From the IMG/VR virus record IMGVR_UViG_3300043105_000137: a DNA stretch of 64,000 bases. One strand, written 5' to 3'. Both the position numbers and the translations under genes were made by a program. The DNA is from a virus (Duplodnaviria; Heunggongvirae; Uroviricota; Caudoviricetes). This document shows, one piece after another, positions 63,472 through 64,000 of this stretch; the stretch's first letter is position 1; every line of letters starts with the position of its first letter. The notes beneath the pieces were generated by a model, which did no database searches, was not told the origin of the DNA, and worked only from the letters and a program-made list of their open reading frames with translations.

Positions 63472-64000
63472 AGATAAAGATAAAGATAAAGGAAGATTTG
63501 CGAGTATTGAAAGGTGGAACTGAATATGAGTTTGATTTTGAAGGGAAGAGTGAGCCTTTCATATATATTACTGGAAAGAATGGGTGTGGAAAGAGTACGT
63601 TGATAAATTGTGTTCGAGTTCGTCAGTGTGATAATGAAGGAGAAGACAGGAGTGGTTGGGGAGCGAAGTTAAGTTATGGTGATTTGTTTTCTGAGGATTT
63701 TGAGGGGAAGTCGGAAGTAGAGACGGATTTTGAGAAGATATATTTCTTATCGAGTGAATTTGATGACACTAAGAGTTTGAATAACTGTGCGAGTGCTGAG
63801 AGTTATGTAGAGTATGGTGGATATATGAATCGGCACAAGAGTAATGGGGAGAGTGAGTTAAATTTGATAGGGAAATGGTTAGTGGACAACAGGGACAAAT
63901 TTAATGACAAGACTTTGATTATCTTTGATGAGATAGACAAAGGATTATCGTTAGAATGGACTGTTGGGGTAGTGAATATGATGAACAAGTTGCATGAGCA
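63468..64000 (+). CDS. P-loop ATPase (AAA_15/AAA_23 or SMC-N-like), 3' partial
   Basis: Walker A is ITGKNGCGKST and Walker B LIIFDEID. The ORF runs off the end of the window. Confidence 0.5.
   Translation, partial: MKIKIKIKEDLRVLKGGTEYEFDFEGKSEPFIYITGKNGCGKSTLINCVRVRQCDNEGEDRSGWGAKLSYGDLFSEDFEGKSEVETDFEKIYFLSSEFDDTKSLNNCASAESYVEYGGYMNRHKSNGESELNLIGKWLVDNRDKFNDKTLIIFDEIDKGLSLEWTVGVVNMMNKLHE

Noticed and set aside
1772-64000. All minus-strand ORFs in the supplied track (for example 1772-2011, 3394-3687, 11453-11821, 50384-50815, 50994-51557, 52601-52993, 56683-57087 and 57127-57471)
   Set aside because: Each lies antisense to a well-supported + strand gene or tRNA. They have no independent motif support, and the whole region shows consistent + strand operon organisation with ATGA overlaps. 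They are judged to be spurious antisense ORFs.

Overview
This window reads as a contiguous arm of a large dsDNA bacteriophage (roughly 32-35% GC) infecting a Bacteroidota host. Every credible gene lies on the + strand and genes are tightly packed, with frequent ATGA stop/start overlaps. The host assignment rests on at least 15 copies of a conserved promoter cassette matching the Bacteroidota sigma-A consensus (-33 TTTG, spacer of about 19-20 nt, -7 TAnnTTTG). A second conserved upstream motif, TTTGTTATnTTTAnnnTG, occurs at least 12 times and often overlaps the start codon. Two tRNA clusters are present. The first (positions 40-1904) holds Leu-TAG, Cys-GCA, Lys-TTT, Ser-GCT and Ser-TGA, interleaved with an HNH endonuclease and a GH108 lysozyme-like gene. 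The second (37100-37851) holds Lys-CTT, two tRNAs with an aberrant UUAAACA anticodon loop, and a degenerate tRNA-like element, all embedded in a family of GTGA-tetraloop hairpin repeats. Recognisable proteins include GMP reductase, thymidine kinase, a Dam-like N6-adenine methyltransferase, a Thg1-like 3'-5' nucleotidyltransferase, a Dda/RecD-like helicase, two pol-beta-superfamily nucleotidyltransferases, a CX5R tyrosine/dual-specificity phosphatase, P-loop ATPases, a GNAT acetyltransferase, an SPFH lipoprotein, an SLT-domain and an RlpA-like lytic transglycosylase, an OmpA-family outer-membrane protein, an S24-like peptidase, a 636-aa protein with a C-terminal SIR2 (sirtuin-like) domain, a PI-PLC-like phosphodiesterase, a YopX protein and a protein with six zinc-ribbon repeats. 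Two expanded paralog families are present: five tandem genes at 19.9-22.9 kb, and at least eight genes at 45.6-58.8 kb that share a C-terminal module, with one N-terminal repeat in the short members and about seven in the 714-aa protein. There are two ORF-free, probably structured RNA regions (about 1910-2510 and 30900-31490). A 1.2-kb repeat-rich, skew-switching non-coding region at 60.8-62.0 kb is a candidate origin or terminus, and it is followed by a strikingly C-depleted coding block. The ORFs on the minus strand in the supplied track are judged spurious.
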